Assembly: GCA_964422035.1 (NCBI GenBank)
Contig: CAYQZQ010000002.1
Location: 1,612-65,611 of the forward strand
Source of the DNA: an uncultured Pseudomonadales bacterium
GTDB taxonomy: Bacteria > Patescibacteriota > Microgenomatia > UBA1400 > Chazhemtobacteraceae
Length of the DNA stretch: 64,000 nt
Direction of reading: 5' to 3'
The notes under the pieces are model-generated. The model saw nothing but the letters and a program-made list of their open reading frames with translations. It had not been told where the DNA came from and did not search any database. Shown piece after piece: positions 18,203 through 26,736 of the stretch. A program made the translations under genes and the position numbers. Position 1 is the first letter of the stretch. Each line of letters begins with the position of its first letter.

Positions 18203-18826
18203 ATGAAAGTTAAGTTACATTCTTTGTTAGTTGCGGCAAGTTTAGTCTTTGGAGGAGTCATTTTATCAGTTTCGATTGCGAAAGGAGTAGAGTTGGGAGT
18301 ACTGGCTCAAGAGGTTACTATGGAGCAGGAAGAGATGCAGATGGAGGAGAGTGAGATTGATGTTGATGATGATATTGAGGAGCAAGCAGCAAATTACCAC
18401 CTTCCTTATCCAGGAATTTTACCCGATCACCCTCTTTATATTGTAAAGATGGTTAGGGACAGGCTAGTTGAGTGGCTGACCTTTGATAGGTTGAAAAAAG
18501 CTGAGTTGTTTGAGATGTATGCAGATAAAAGAATGGGAGCGGCTAGGGCGCTAATTGAGGGGGGGCAAGCTGAATTAGGGGTAGAGACAGCCAGGAAAGC
18601 AGTAAGGTATCAAGAAAGAGCAATTGAGAAGACGGAGGAGATGAAAAGAGACGGTCGTGACGTAGGAGATGTTGCTAATATGATTGAAAAGGCAACAGCA
18701 AAGCATGAACAAGTCTTATCTACAATTGAGCAGAAAGCGGCTAAACAAGGGCAAGAAGGAATAAGTAAAGTGCAAGAAAAAGTAAGAGAGAATAGAAGAG
18801 TGGTCTTAGAGGTTTTGGACAGATAA
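18203..18826 (+). CDS. Hypothetical secreted/anchored protein with an acidic tract and a coiled-coil C-terminus
   Basis: 207 aa. N-terminal signal/anchor MKVKLHSLLVAASLVFGGVILSVSIA, then EQEEMQMEESEIDVDDDIEEQ, then a helical Ala/Glu/Lys-rich domain. Confidence 0.4.
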   Translation: MKVKLHSLLVAASLVFGGVILSVSIAKGVELGVLAQEVTMEQEEMQMEESEIDVDDDIEEQAANYHLPYPGILPDHPLYIVKMVRDRLVEWLTFDRLKKAELFEMYADKRMGAARALIEGGQAELGVETARKAVRYQERAIEKTEEMKRDGRDVGDVANMIEKATAKHEQVLSTIEQKAAKQGQEGISKVQEKVRENRRVVLEVLDR

Positions 18827-18882
18827 ATGTAGCTTAGCCTTGGTGAGTAATTTTGATATAGTAACGAAGGGGTAATATCTAG

Positions 18883-18935
18883 TTGACATACCATAGGTAG
18901 TGTTTTAGGGTAGTAGATGTCACCATAGATGGTGG
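18883..18935 (+). promoter_or_regulatory. Two tandem NrdR-box-like palindromes overlapping a putative promoter (perfect -35 TTGACA at 18883-18888) upstream of nrdR-nrdJ
   Basis: Box 1 at 18888-18903 (ATACCATAGGTAGTGT) and box 2 at 18920-18935 (TCACCATAGATGGTGG). Each matches the NrdR consensus acaCwAtATaTwGtgt at about 11 of 16 positions. Their centres are 32 bp apart, which is the usual tandem NrdR-box spacing. Confidence 0.6.
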
Positions 18936-18963
18936 TTATAAAAACAATTTAATTTGTTAGAAT

Positions 18964-19413
18964 ATGCGTTGTCCATATTGTGGTCATGAAGAAAGTGGGG
19001 TAATAGAGAGCAGACCTACGGGTGGTGGTGAGGCAATTAGGCGCCGCAGAGAGTGTGAAGATTGTAATAAACGATTTACCACTTATGAGAGAGTGGGGAA
19101 TATTGATTTGGAGGTTAAAAAAAGAAATGGTGGTCAAGAAGAGTTTGATAGAGCAAAACTGGAGAAAGGGATTGTCAAAGCTTGTTGGAAGAGGGGCGTA
19201 GATGAGGAGCAAATTGAAGAGTTGGTTGATGAGATTGAGATGGGATTGCTGAACAAAAGATCTACGGTGGTGGAAAGTACTGATATAGGGAAAATGGTTT
19301 TGGAAAGATTAAAGGAGATAGATGGTGTAGCCTATTTGAGGTTTGCTAGTGTGTATCTGGATTTTGAAAATCTTGATGACTTTAAGGAAGTGATCAAAAA
19401 AGTGAACGATTGA
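18964..19413 (+). CDS. nrdR: Transcriptional repressor NrdR (zinc ribbon + ATP cone)
   Basis: 149 aa. MRCPYCG...ECEDCNKRFTTYERV zinc ribbon followed by an ATP-cone domain. Confidence 0.9.
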   Translation: MRCPYCGHEESGVIESRPTGGGEAIRRRRECEDCNKRFTTYERVGNIDLEVKKRNGGQEEFDRAKLEKGIVKACWKRGVDEEQIEELVDEIEMGLLNKRSTVVESTDIGKMVLERLKEIDGVAYLRFASVYLDFENLDDFKEVIKKVND

Positions 19414-19434
19414 ATTAAAAATTAATTAAAAATA

Positions 19435-21957
19435 ATGTCTGTATCTGCAACTGTATATAAAAAAACTGAGGAAAATAATAATGATAACTCTGGTCTAGAT
19501 AATATGGTTAAAGAGCTAAAAGAGATGTCAAGTAGTGATAGCAGGCAAGAAGCTAGAGATAAATATAACGAGATCATAAAAGAAATTAAAGAAAAGATTG
19601 GTGAAATGCCTAAGATGCCCTCTGGTTTACCAAAAGGGAAATGGACAAAGCAAGCAATAAAAGTTTTAAAAGAGAGGTATTTGGATAGAGATAAGAATGG
19701 TGAAGTTATAGAGACTCCCGAGGAGATGATATGGAGAGTTTCTTGGGAGATTGCTAGTGCAGAAGCAAGGTGGGGAGCTGATAGAGATCAAGTTTTAAAA
19801 CAAGCCAAAACCTTTTTCAAATTATTAGTTTCGCGAAATTTTTTACCTAATTCGCCGACTTTGATGAATGCCGGTAAGGGGAACAATCTGCAGTACTCTG
19901 CGTGTTTTGTTCTTCCAGTTGAGGATAGCTTGGAGGGAATATTTGATGCTATTAAGTGGCAAGGATTAATTCATCAATCAGGTGGAGGAACAGGTTTTAG
20001 TTTTTCGAGATTGCGTTCGCAGGGTAGTTTGGTAAGTAGTTCTCGCGGGGTTGCTTCTGGTCCGGTATCATTTATGAAGATCTTTGATTCGGCAACACAG
20101 CAAGTTAAGCAGGGAGGAACAAGAAGAGGGGCTAATATGGGTATGTTGAGAATTGATCATCCAGATATCAGAGAGTTTATTACCTGCAAACTTGAAGGTG
20201 GAATTACAAATTTTAATATTTCTGTTTTGGCAACTGATGAGTTTATGAAGGCTTTGGATAGTGATGAAGAATATGATTTGATTGATCCAAGTACAGAAAA
20301 GCCGGTTGGGAAAGAGAAGGCAAGAGAAGTTTTTGAAGAAATTTGTCAGGCAGCTTGGCAGTCGGGTGATCCGGGAATGGTATTTGTGGATAAAATAAAT
20401 GATGGTTCTGCTAATCCGGTACCAGCTTTGGGTCCTGTGGAAAGCACGAATCCTTGTGGTGAGCAACCGTTATATCCTTTTGATGCTTGTAATTTGGGGA
20501 GTATATTTTTGAGATACTATGTTAAGGATGATGATGGAGAATCTAAAGTTGATTGGGATAAGTTAAAAGAAAGTGTTCATACTTCAGTTAGATTTTTAGA
20601 TAATGTTATTGAAGTAAATCCCTATCCTTTACCTCAGATTTGGAAAACTGTGCGAGGTTTGAGAAGAATTGGATTGGGGATTGGTGGTTGGTCTGATATG
20701 TTGTTTAAATTAGGCATTACCTATGATTCACAAGAAGCTTTTGAGTTAGCAGAGAAAATAATGGAGTTTATTCGTGATGAGGGTCACAAAGCGAGTAATA
20801 AGTTAGCAGAGGAGAGAGGAAGTTTTCCTTTGTGGGAGCAAAGTATATACGTGGATGAGAAGCCAATGAGGAATGCAACAGTGACAACTATTGCACCTAC
20901 AGGGACGATATCGATTATTGCAAATAATAGTAGTGGAGTAGAGCCGATATTTGCTTTAGCTTATATACACCATGTTAAGGATGAGCACCTAGATAGGAAG
21001 TTGACTTTTGTGAACCCCGTGTTTGAAGAGATAGCGAAAAAAGAGGGTTTTTGGAGTGATGATTTGAAGAAAAAAGTAGCTAAAACAGGAACTGTTAAGG
21101 ATATTGATGAAGTGCCTGAAAAATGGCAGGAGATTTTTATGACAAGTCATCAGATAAAACCAGATAGTCACGTAAAAATGCAGGCTGCCTGGCAGAAATA
21201 TACTGATAATGCGGTGAGTAAAACAATAAACTTGCCATTTGAGGCAGAAGTTGAAGATGTAGCCAAGGCATATCTTAAGGCGTATAGATTGGGATGTATG
21301 GGAATAACGGTATATCGTGATGGAAGTAAAGACCAACAAGTATTGAATGTGGGAAGTGAAGATGAAGAAAAGTCTGTAGAGGTTAAAAAATCAGGTATTA
21401 AGGATCAAGTGGCAGAGTTAAGAAGAAGACCCGAGAAGCTAGAGGGAAGCACATATAAGGTGAGAACACCAATTGGAAATGCCTATGTTTCGATTAATAG
21501 TGATGAGATGGGTAATCCATTTGAGGTGTTTATTACAGTAGGGAAGGCTGGTACCGATGTAATGGCGGATGCTGAAGCAATTGGCAGACTAGTGTCGTTG
21601 TCTTTGCGAATTCCAACTGAGCTGCCGGCGGAAACTATTGCTGAGCAGGTAGTAGAACAACTGGCTGGAATTGGAGGGTCGGGTTCGGTGGGATTTGGAA
21701 ACGGTAAAGTAAGATCGCTGGCAGATGGGGTGGCAAAGGCCTTAAGAGAGCATTTGGATGGAAAGAAGGTAAGTAAAGGAAATGGAGTTGAGGTTGAAAT
21801 TAAGCAGTCTGAGAGAGAGATGGAGATGATTGGGCAGCAAGCAGCACTGCCACTTACCAAGAAAAGACATGATATTTGTCCAGAATGTGGTCAAGCAAGT
21901 CTGGTATTAGAAGAAGGGTGCTCCAAGTGTTATGTTTGCGGGCATAGTAAATGCTGA
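19435..21957 (+). CDS. nrdJ: Class II (adenosylcobalamin-dependent) ribonucleoside-diphosphate/triphosphate reductase
   Basis: 840 aa. NLQYSACFVLPVEDSLEGIFD, the active-site NPCGEQPLYPFDACNLGS and the class II C-terminal zinc ribbon CPECG...CSKCYVCG. Confidence 0.85.
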   Translation: MSVSATVYKKTEENNNDNSGLDNMVKELKEMSSSDSRQEARDKYNEIIKEIKEKIGEMPKMPSGLPKGKWTKQAIKVLKERYLDRDKNGEVIETPEEMIWRVSWEIASAEARWGADRDQVLKQAKTFFKLLVSRNFLPNSPTLMNAGKGNNLQYSACFVLPVEDSLEGIFDAIKWQGLIHQSGGGTGFSFSRLRSQGSLVSSSRGVASGPVSFMKIFDSATQQVKQGGTRRGANMGMLRIDHPDIREFITCKLEGGITNFNISVLATDEFMKALDSDEEYDLIDPSTEKPVGKEKAREVFEEICQAAWQSGDPGMVFVDKINDGSANPVPALGPVESTNPCGEQPLYPFDACNLGSIFLRYYVKDDDGESKVDWDKLKESVHTSVRFLDNVIEVNPYPLPQIWKTVRGLRRIGLGIGGWSDMLFKLGITYDSQEAFELAEKIMEFIRDEGHKASNKLAEERGSFPLWEQSIYVDEKPMRNATVTTIAPTGTISIIANNSSGVEPIFALAYIHHVKDEHLDRKLTFVNPVFEEIAKKEGFWSDDLKKKVAKTGTVKDIDEVPEKWQEIFMTSHQIKPDSHVKMQAAWQKYTDNAVSKTINLPFEAEVEDVAKAYLKAYRLGCMGITVYRDGSKDQQVLNVGSEDEEKSVEVKKSGIKDQVAELRRRPEKLEGSTYKVRTPIGNAYVSINSDEMGNPFEVFITVGKAGTDVMADAEAIGRLVSLSLRIPTELPAETIAEQVVEQLAGIGGSGSVGFGNGKVRSLADGVAKALREHLDGKKVSKGNGVEVEIKQSEREMEMIGQQAALPLTKKRHDICPECGQASLVLEEGCSKCYVCGHSKC

Positions 21958-22487
21958 AGATGAAAAATAAAAAGGGATTGGTTTACGTTTTTACTGGAGA
22001 GGGAAAAGGGAAAACTAGCGTTGCAATGTGGACAGCAATTAGAGCAGCTGCTTGGGATAAGAGTGTATTGGTGATTGCTTGGTATAAAGAGAAAAAGTGG
22101 CCTACGGCGATGCAAAAGGTAAATAAAAAATTTAATAATCTTGAAATTAAAGTGGTTGGTAAGGGGTTTTATAAATTGCCAACTGATCATGCGACTGAGG
22201 ATGAACACAAAAAATCGGCAGTTGAGGGATTGAGAGAAGTTGTAAATAGTTTGGGTAAAATGGATGTTTTAGTTTTAGATGAGGTGATTAATGCTGTTGA
22301 TGACGGATTGATTGATAAAGAAGAGTTACTTGATGTTTTGGAAAAAAGAGGTGAAACCCATGTTGTATTGACGGGTAGGGGAGTTTTTGAAGAACTGGAG
22401 AAAGAGGCAGATTTGATAACGGAGATGAGAAAAGTTAAGCACCCTTTTGATAGGGGTATTAAAGCTGTAAAAGGGTTGGATTTTTAA
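21951..22487 (+). CDS. Cob(I)yrinic acid a,c-diamide / cob(I)alamin adenosyltransferase (CobO/BtuR, P-loop type)
   Basis: 178 aa. P-loop VFTGEGKGKTSVAMW, then VLVLDEV (Walker B-like), matching CobA/BtuR. It overlaps the nrdJ stop, consistent with supplying AdoCbl to NrdJ. Confidence 0.65.
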   Translation: MLKMKNKKGLVYVFTGEGKGKTSVAMWTAIRAAAWDKSVLVIAWYKEKKWPTAMQKVNKKFNNLEIKVVGKGFYKLPTDHATEDEHKKSAVEGLREVVNSLGKMDVLVLDEVINAVDDGLIDKEELLDVLEKRGETHVVLTGRGVFEELEKEADLITEMRKVKHPFDRGIKAVKGLDF

Positions 22488-22520
22488 AGCAAGATAGGTT
22501 TGGCGTGATATATTAAGTAT

Positions 22521-22877
22521 ATGGCAAGAAAAGAGATTGAGAAAAGAAAACAGTCATCAGAAGATCAGGCACGTGAGCAAGTAGAGAGCTATATTGAGAA
22601 AGTTGAAAAAAGACCTGAAATTGATGAGGGGGATCAAACAGGGATGAAAAAAGGTGCTGATGATGTACAGATGCCCAAGCAGATAATAGACGAGGATAAT
22701 CAGATAGTTGCGGAATCTGTTGTAGAAGAACCAAAGATTGACCTACCATTGACTGAAGAAGAGGTAAGTGAGGGTTTGCATCACAAGATTGCGGATAGTG
22801 TGAAGTGGTTATCAGAGTGGTGTGTTTATGTTATTAAAAAATATCCTGGAAGGGTTTTTTACAAAGAAGATAAATAG
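22521..22877 (+). CDS. Hypothetical acidic protein
   Basis: 118-aa ORF rich in Glu/Asp/Lys. Its stop abuts the start of the ATPase gene at 22878. No recognisable domain. Confidence 0.35.
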   Translation: MARKEIEKRKQSSEDQAREQVESYIEKVEKRPEIDEGDQTGMKKGADDVQMPKQIIDEDNQIVAESVVEEPKIDLPLTEEEVSEGLHHKIADSVKWLSEWCVYVIKKYPGRVFYKEDK

Positions 22878-25208
22878 ATGGAAAATATAGCACAGTTATC
22901 CAGCTTAATTCAATGGGTGTTCGGGGCGGTACTTGTGTTGGGGGTATTTGTTTTGATAGTGGTGGGTTTGGGAATTTTGGTAATGCAGTGGATACGATAC
23001 AGGAACAGAGAAGAGGTGAGTTTAAATTTTGTGGTTATGGAGATTGAGGTACCTAGAGATAATGAGGTCAAGATCGATGCAGCAGAGCAGATGTTCTCTT
23101 CTTTATATTCAATTAAAAAGGGAGGATTTTGGCAGAAATTTAAGGCTCAACAGCATTTAAGCTTTGAGATCGTTGCCAAGAAGGAGGAGATAAGGTTTTA
23201 TGTTGCTTGCCATGAGGACTTGGCTTCTCTAATTGATAAACAAGTATCAGCTGTATATCCAGGAGCACAGGTTAAAAGAGTAGAAGAGCCAAATATTTTT
23301 AATGAAGAAGGTAAGGTTGAGTTTGCCCAGTTACAGTTATCTGAGAAGAGCTTTTATCCAATTAAGACTTATCAAGATTTAGCAACAGATCCGTTAAGTT
23401 CAATTACTTCCAGTTTGGCTGAATTAGAAGAAAATGAAGCTGCTGCTATTCAAGTGATTGTTACGCCAGCAGATAGTGACTGGAGCTCCAGCGGAGAAAA
23501 GTTTTTATCTGAAAGAAAGAGAGCGGAATCGGATCCGGAGAAGGCAGATTTTAAAATGAGTCCGGAGGATATGAAGTCTATTGATGAAAAGACGGATAAG
23601 CCTGGATTTTTAACTACGATAAGACTTGTGAGTATGGCAGAGAATAAATCTCAAGCAAAGGCTAATTTAAAAAATATGCAACGCTCTTTTGCTCAGTTTA
23701 GCTCTGATCAAAATAGATTTACTAAAAAGAAGATTTTTTTAAAAAGATCTTTTGTAATTGATTTTATATATCGCTATCAACCACTTTTTGGAGAAAATAG
23801 TTTACTGAACACTGAGGAGTTAGCCAGTGTTTGGCATATGCCTAACAAGACTGTTGAGACCCCTCATATTAAATGGTTGCCGGCTAAGATGGCTCCGGCT
23901 ACAGGAGGAATTCCAAATGAAGGATTGTATTTAGGAAAAAGTATATACAGGGGGCAGAAGAGAAAAATATATTTGTCTGACGAGGATAGGATGAAGCACA
24001 TGTATGTTTTAGGCAGAACAGGTACAGGTAAGACAGAGTTTCTTAAAAGTTTAATAATTCAAGATATGAGAGAAGGGAAAGGCATGTGCTTTTTGGAACC
24101 ACATGGTGAAGGTATTGAGGAGTTGTTGGAGTTAGTACCTCCAGAAAGGGCAGAAGATGTAATAGTTTTTGATCCGTCAGATACAGAGAGGCCAATGGGT
24201 TTTAATTTGCTGGAGGTAAATAATCCTGAAGAGATGCACTTTGTGGCTTCTTCGGTAATTAATTTAATGTATAAATTGTATGATCCTCACAAAACAGGGA
24301 TTATTGGTCCTCGGTTTGAACACGCGATAAGAAATGCCATGCTGACAGCCAGTGTTATTGAAGGGGCAACTTTTATTGAAGTAGTGAGAATATTGCAGAA
24401 TCAAGAATTTGTAAAAGAGTTGTTGCCTCGAATTGAAGATCCGATTGTGAAAAGCTATTGGACTGAACAGATTGCTCAAACAAGTGATTTCCATAAGAGT
24501 GAAGTTTTGGACTATATTGTCAGCAAGTTTGGTAGATTTATTACCAACAAGGTGATGCGCAACATTATTGGGCAAAGTGAAAGTGCTTTTAGTTTTAGGA
24601 AGGCAATGGATGATGGAAAGATTCTGTTTTTGAAGTTAGCCAAGGGGTTATTAGGAGAAGAAGATGCGAATTTTTTAGGATTGGTATTGGTACCAAAAAT
24701 TTTAGCAGCTGCTTTGTCCAGGCAGGATGTTCCCAAAGAAGAAAGAAAACCGTTTTACTTCTATGTTGATGAGTTTCAGAACTTTGCGACACCAGATTTT
24801 GCCCAGATTTTATCAGAGGCTAGAAAATACAGGTTAAGTCTGGCGGTAGCTAATCAGTTCGTAGGTCAGATTGATGAGGAGGTAAAGAATGCAATTTTTG
24901 GAAATGTAGGAAGTATGGTGGTGTTTAGAATGGGAGTTAGTGATGCTAATATCATGGAGCAGGAGTTTCAACCTGTGTTTAATCAGTCTGATTTGACTAA
25001 TATTCCGGCTCAGACAACGTATGTGAAGACCATAGTGCATGGAACGCCCGTTCCTCCGTTTTCGATGGATGTTTGGAGAGATCTAGAGGCTGAGAAGGAG
25101 CAGGGTAGTAAAAAGGTGGCTGAGATGGTGAAGGAGCTTTCGAGGTTGAAATATGGGCGAGATAGGGAAGAAGTTGAGAGAGAGATCAGAAGACGGGGTC
25201 AAATGTAA
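22878..25208 (+). CDS. Membrane-anchored P-loop ATPase of the TraD/TrwB/VirD4 type-IV coupling-protein-like family
   Basis: 776 aa. N-terminal TM helix. Walker A HMYVLGRTGTGKTEFLKS and Walker B FYFYVDEFQNF, followed by ARKYRLSLAVANQ and AIFGNVGSMVVFRMGVSDAN, which resemble the conserved T4CP C-terminal blocks. Confidence 0.5.
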   Translation: MENIAQLSSLIQWVFGAVLVLGVFVLIVVGLGILVMQWIRYRNREEVSLNFVVMEIEVPRDNEVKIDAAEQMFSSLYSIKKGGFWQKFKAQQHLSFEIVAKKEEIRFYVACHEDLASLIDKQVSAVYPGAQVKRVEEPNIFNEEGKVEFAQLQLSEKSFYPIKTYQDLATDPLSSITSSLAELEENEAAAIQVIVTPADSDWSSSGEKFLSERKRAESDPEKADFKMSPEDMKSIDEKTDKPGFLTTIRLVSMAENKSQAKANLKNMQRSFAQFSSDQNRFTKKKIFLKRSFVIDFIYRYQPLFGENSLLNTEELASVWHMPNKTVETPHIKWLPAKMAPATGGIPNEGLYLGKSIYRGQKRKIYLSDEDRMKHMYVLGRTGTGKTEFLKSLIIQDMREGKGMCFLEPHGEGIEELLELVPPERAEDVIVFDPSDTERPMGFNLLEVNNPEEMHFVASSVINLMYKLYDPHKTGIIGPRFEHAIRNAMLTASVIEGATFIEVVRILQNQEFVKELLPRIEDPIVKSYWTEQIAQTSDFHKSEVLDYIVSKFGRFITNKVMRNIIGQSESAFSFRKAMDDGKILFLKLAKGLLGEEDANFLGLVLVPKILAAALSRQDVPKEERKPFYFYVDEFQNFATPDFAQILSEARKYRLSLAVANQFVGQIDEEVKNAIFGNVGSMVVFRMGVSDANIMEQEFQPVFNQSDLTNIPAQTTYVKTIVHGTPVPPFSMDVWRDLEAEKEQGSKKVAEMVKELSRLKYGRDREEVEREIRRRGQM

Positions 25209-25262
25209 TTGGGACTTTAGGCTGAAATTTGGTGAATATCAGGTATAATATTGATAGTTATT

Positions 25263-25335
25263 GGGCGGCTAGCTCAATGGTAGAGCGGTTGTCTTATATG
25301 CAACTGGTTCCAGGTTCGAATCCTGGGTCGCCCAC
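25263..25335 (+). tRNA. tRNA-Ile with anticodon UAU (reads AUA); CCA not encoded
   Basis: Manual cloverleaf: acceptor GGGCGGC/GUCGCCC, D arm GCUC-AAUGGUA-GAGC, anticodon stem GUUGU/GCAAC, loop C-U-UAU-A-U, T arm CCAGG-UUCGAAU-CCUGG, discriminator A. Confidence 0.8.
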
Positions 25336-25378
25336 TTAATAGTCATGAGAATAATGATTGAGTTTTTAGATTGAGAAA

Positions 25379-25738
25379 ATGAATAAAAAAAAAGATAAGA
25401 AAAAAACAGACCGAGTTTTATCAGGTAAGAATTCTCCTCTAGCGGGGGAGTTGTTCGTTGATTTAGATGATAAAGGGGGGAAAGAGGATGTGATGATGAG
25501 TGGGGAGCTTGATATTGGTAAAAAGGGGAATCCGGTAACGATTATTATTAGAGATGAGAAGGAAGGCTCAGAGATTGAGTTTAATAATGTTAATCAAGCA
25601 TGGTTAATGTTAGAGGAGAAAAGAAAATCTTCGACTGGATGGTTGTCTCTAATTATTGGAGATGTGGGGAAAATAGTCGATGTCTTAAGGTTTGTTGCCA
25701 AAGCAACAGTTGAGGAATTAAAACAGTTGGTATCCTAA
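25379..25738 (+). CDS. Hypothetical protein
   Basis: 119-aa ORF with a Lys-rich N-terminus, lying between tRNA-Ile and the recombinase gene. No recognisable domain. Confidence 0.35.
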   Translation: MNKKKDKKKTDRVLSGKNSPLAGELFVDLDDKGGKEDVMMSGELDIGKKGNPVTIIIRDEKEGSEIEFNNVNQAWLMLEEKRKSSTGWLSLIIGDVGKIVDVLRFVAKATVEELKQLVS

Positions 25739-25746
25739 ATTGGAGT

Positions 25747-26622
25747 TTAAAGCTCTTTGAGTTGGGGTTTGTCTTGTTCGTCTTGGTCAATATCGATGTA
25801 TTTAAGGTAGCGTTCTGTGGTAGAAAGACGTTTATGGCCGACGATTTTAGAGACATAAACTAGGGGAGTGCCGCTTTTAAGTTGTTGGGCTATGAATGTG
25901 TGGCGTAGATCATTTACTTTTGCATCTTCAATGCCGGCAATACGGAAATAACGATCGATTGAGCTTCTGATGTTTCTGACAAGAAATTGATTGCCAGTTT
26001 TTGTTAAGAATACATGTTGATCATCACTTTTTGGTCGTACTTCTAGATATTCTCTTATAGCTTCTTTGGCTGGTTGGGTTAAAGGAACAGTGCGGCCCTC
26101 ATGTGATTCATAAGCCCTAATGGTAATTTTGTTGTTTTTTAAATTAAGGTCGTCTAGTTTAAGACTGGCAAGTTCTCCGATGCGAATACCGGCTTGAAGT
26201 AGGAGTTCTATAATTGCGCTGAGGCGTTTGTCGTCTCGGCATGCGTCACGAAGAGCTCTGTATTCAAGCTTGGAAAGAATGCGAGGGGGTTTCAGTTCGT
26301 ATTTGGGGTGACTTACGTCAGAAGCAGGATTTTTATCTAAAATATCTTTTGAGTTTAAAAAACGGAAAAATGATTTTATAGAATTGACTTTACGTGAAAT
26401 TGATTTAGCGGTGTAGTCTTGTTTGTTAAGTTCTTCTTTGAAACTGTCGATGTCTTGAGTACTGATTTCTTCAAGTTTGGTTTTGTCTTTATTAGTAACA
26501 AATTCCAGAAGTTGTTCAACGTCTTTGGTGTAGGCGAGTATAGTGGCAGTAGCTCGGCCTTTTTCTTCAAGGTGATTTTCGAAATCTTTATGATACTGGT
26601 TAAAAGGATTTGATTGATCCAT
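25747..26622 (-). CDS. Tyrosine site-specific recombinase, XerC/XerD-like
   Basis: 291 aa. N-terminal SAM-like core-binding domain (ILAYTKDVEQLLEF). Catalytic residues lie in AGIRIGELASLK (Arg), NDLRHTFIAQQ (His-x-x-Arg) and GHKRLSTTERYLKY (His ... Tyr). Confidence 0.75.
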   Translation of the reverse strand: MDQSNPFNQYHKDFENHLEEKGRATATILAYTKDVEQLLEFVTNKDKTKLEEISTQDIDSFKEELNKQDYTAKSISRKVNSIKSFFRFLNSKDILDKNPASDVSHPKYELKPPRILSKLEYRALRDACRDDKRLSAIIELLLQAGIRIGELASLKLDDLNLKNNKITIRAYESHEGRTVPLTQPAKEAIREYLEVRPKSDDQHVFLTKTGNQFLVRNIRSSIDRYFRIAGIEDAKVNDLRHTFIAQQLKSGTPLVYVSKIVGHKRLSTTERYLKYIDIDQDEQDKPQLKEL

Positions 26623-26736
26623 GAGGTTTTTTTAAATGCTTAATAATTGTCTGTTAAATTCAGATTATCGGATATAATAATATCATGATGTTATGGGGGT
26701 GTCAAGCTGAGATAATAAATTTGATAGGCTTAATAT

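Noticed and set aside
18955-18964. A TAGAAT hexamer immediately abutting the nrdR ATG as the operon's -10 element.
   Set aside because: A -10 at that position would put the transcription start inside the coding sequence, downstream of the conserved MRCPYCG start. I prefer the upstream TTGACA/TAGGGT arrangement overlapping the NrdR boxes, with low confidence.
20068-21860. Antisense and internal ORFs within nrdJ (20068-20466 minus, 20989-21339 minus, 21483-21860 minus).
   Set aside because: They are embedded in the high-confidence class II RNR gene and show biased, low-complexity composition. No support.
25336-26700. An integrated prophage or integrative element at the tRNA-Ile gene with the tyrosine recombinase as its integrase.
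   Set aside because: Only two small unknown ORFs accompany the recombinase. I could find no att-like direct repeat of a tRNA 3' end by eye. At 291 aa with Xer-like motifs, the recombinase fits a chromosomal XerC/D-type enzyme equally well. I kept this as a low-interest finding rather than a mobile-element feature.
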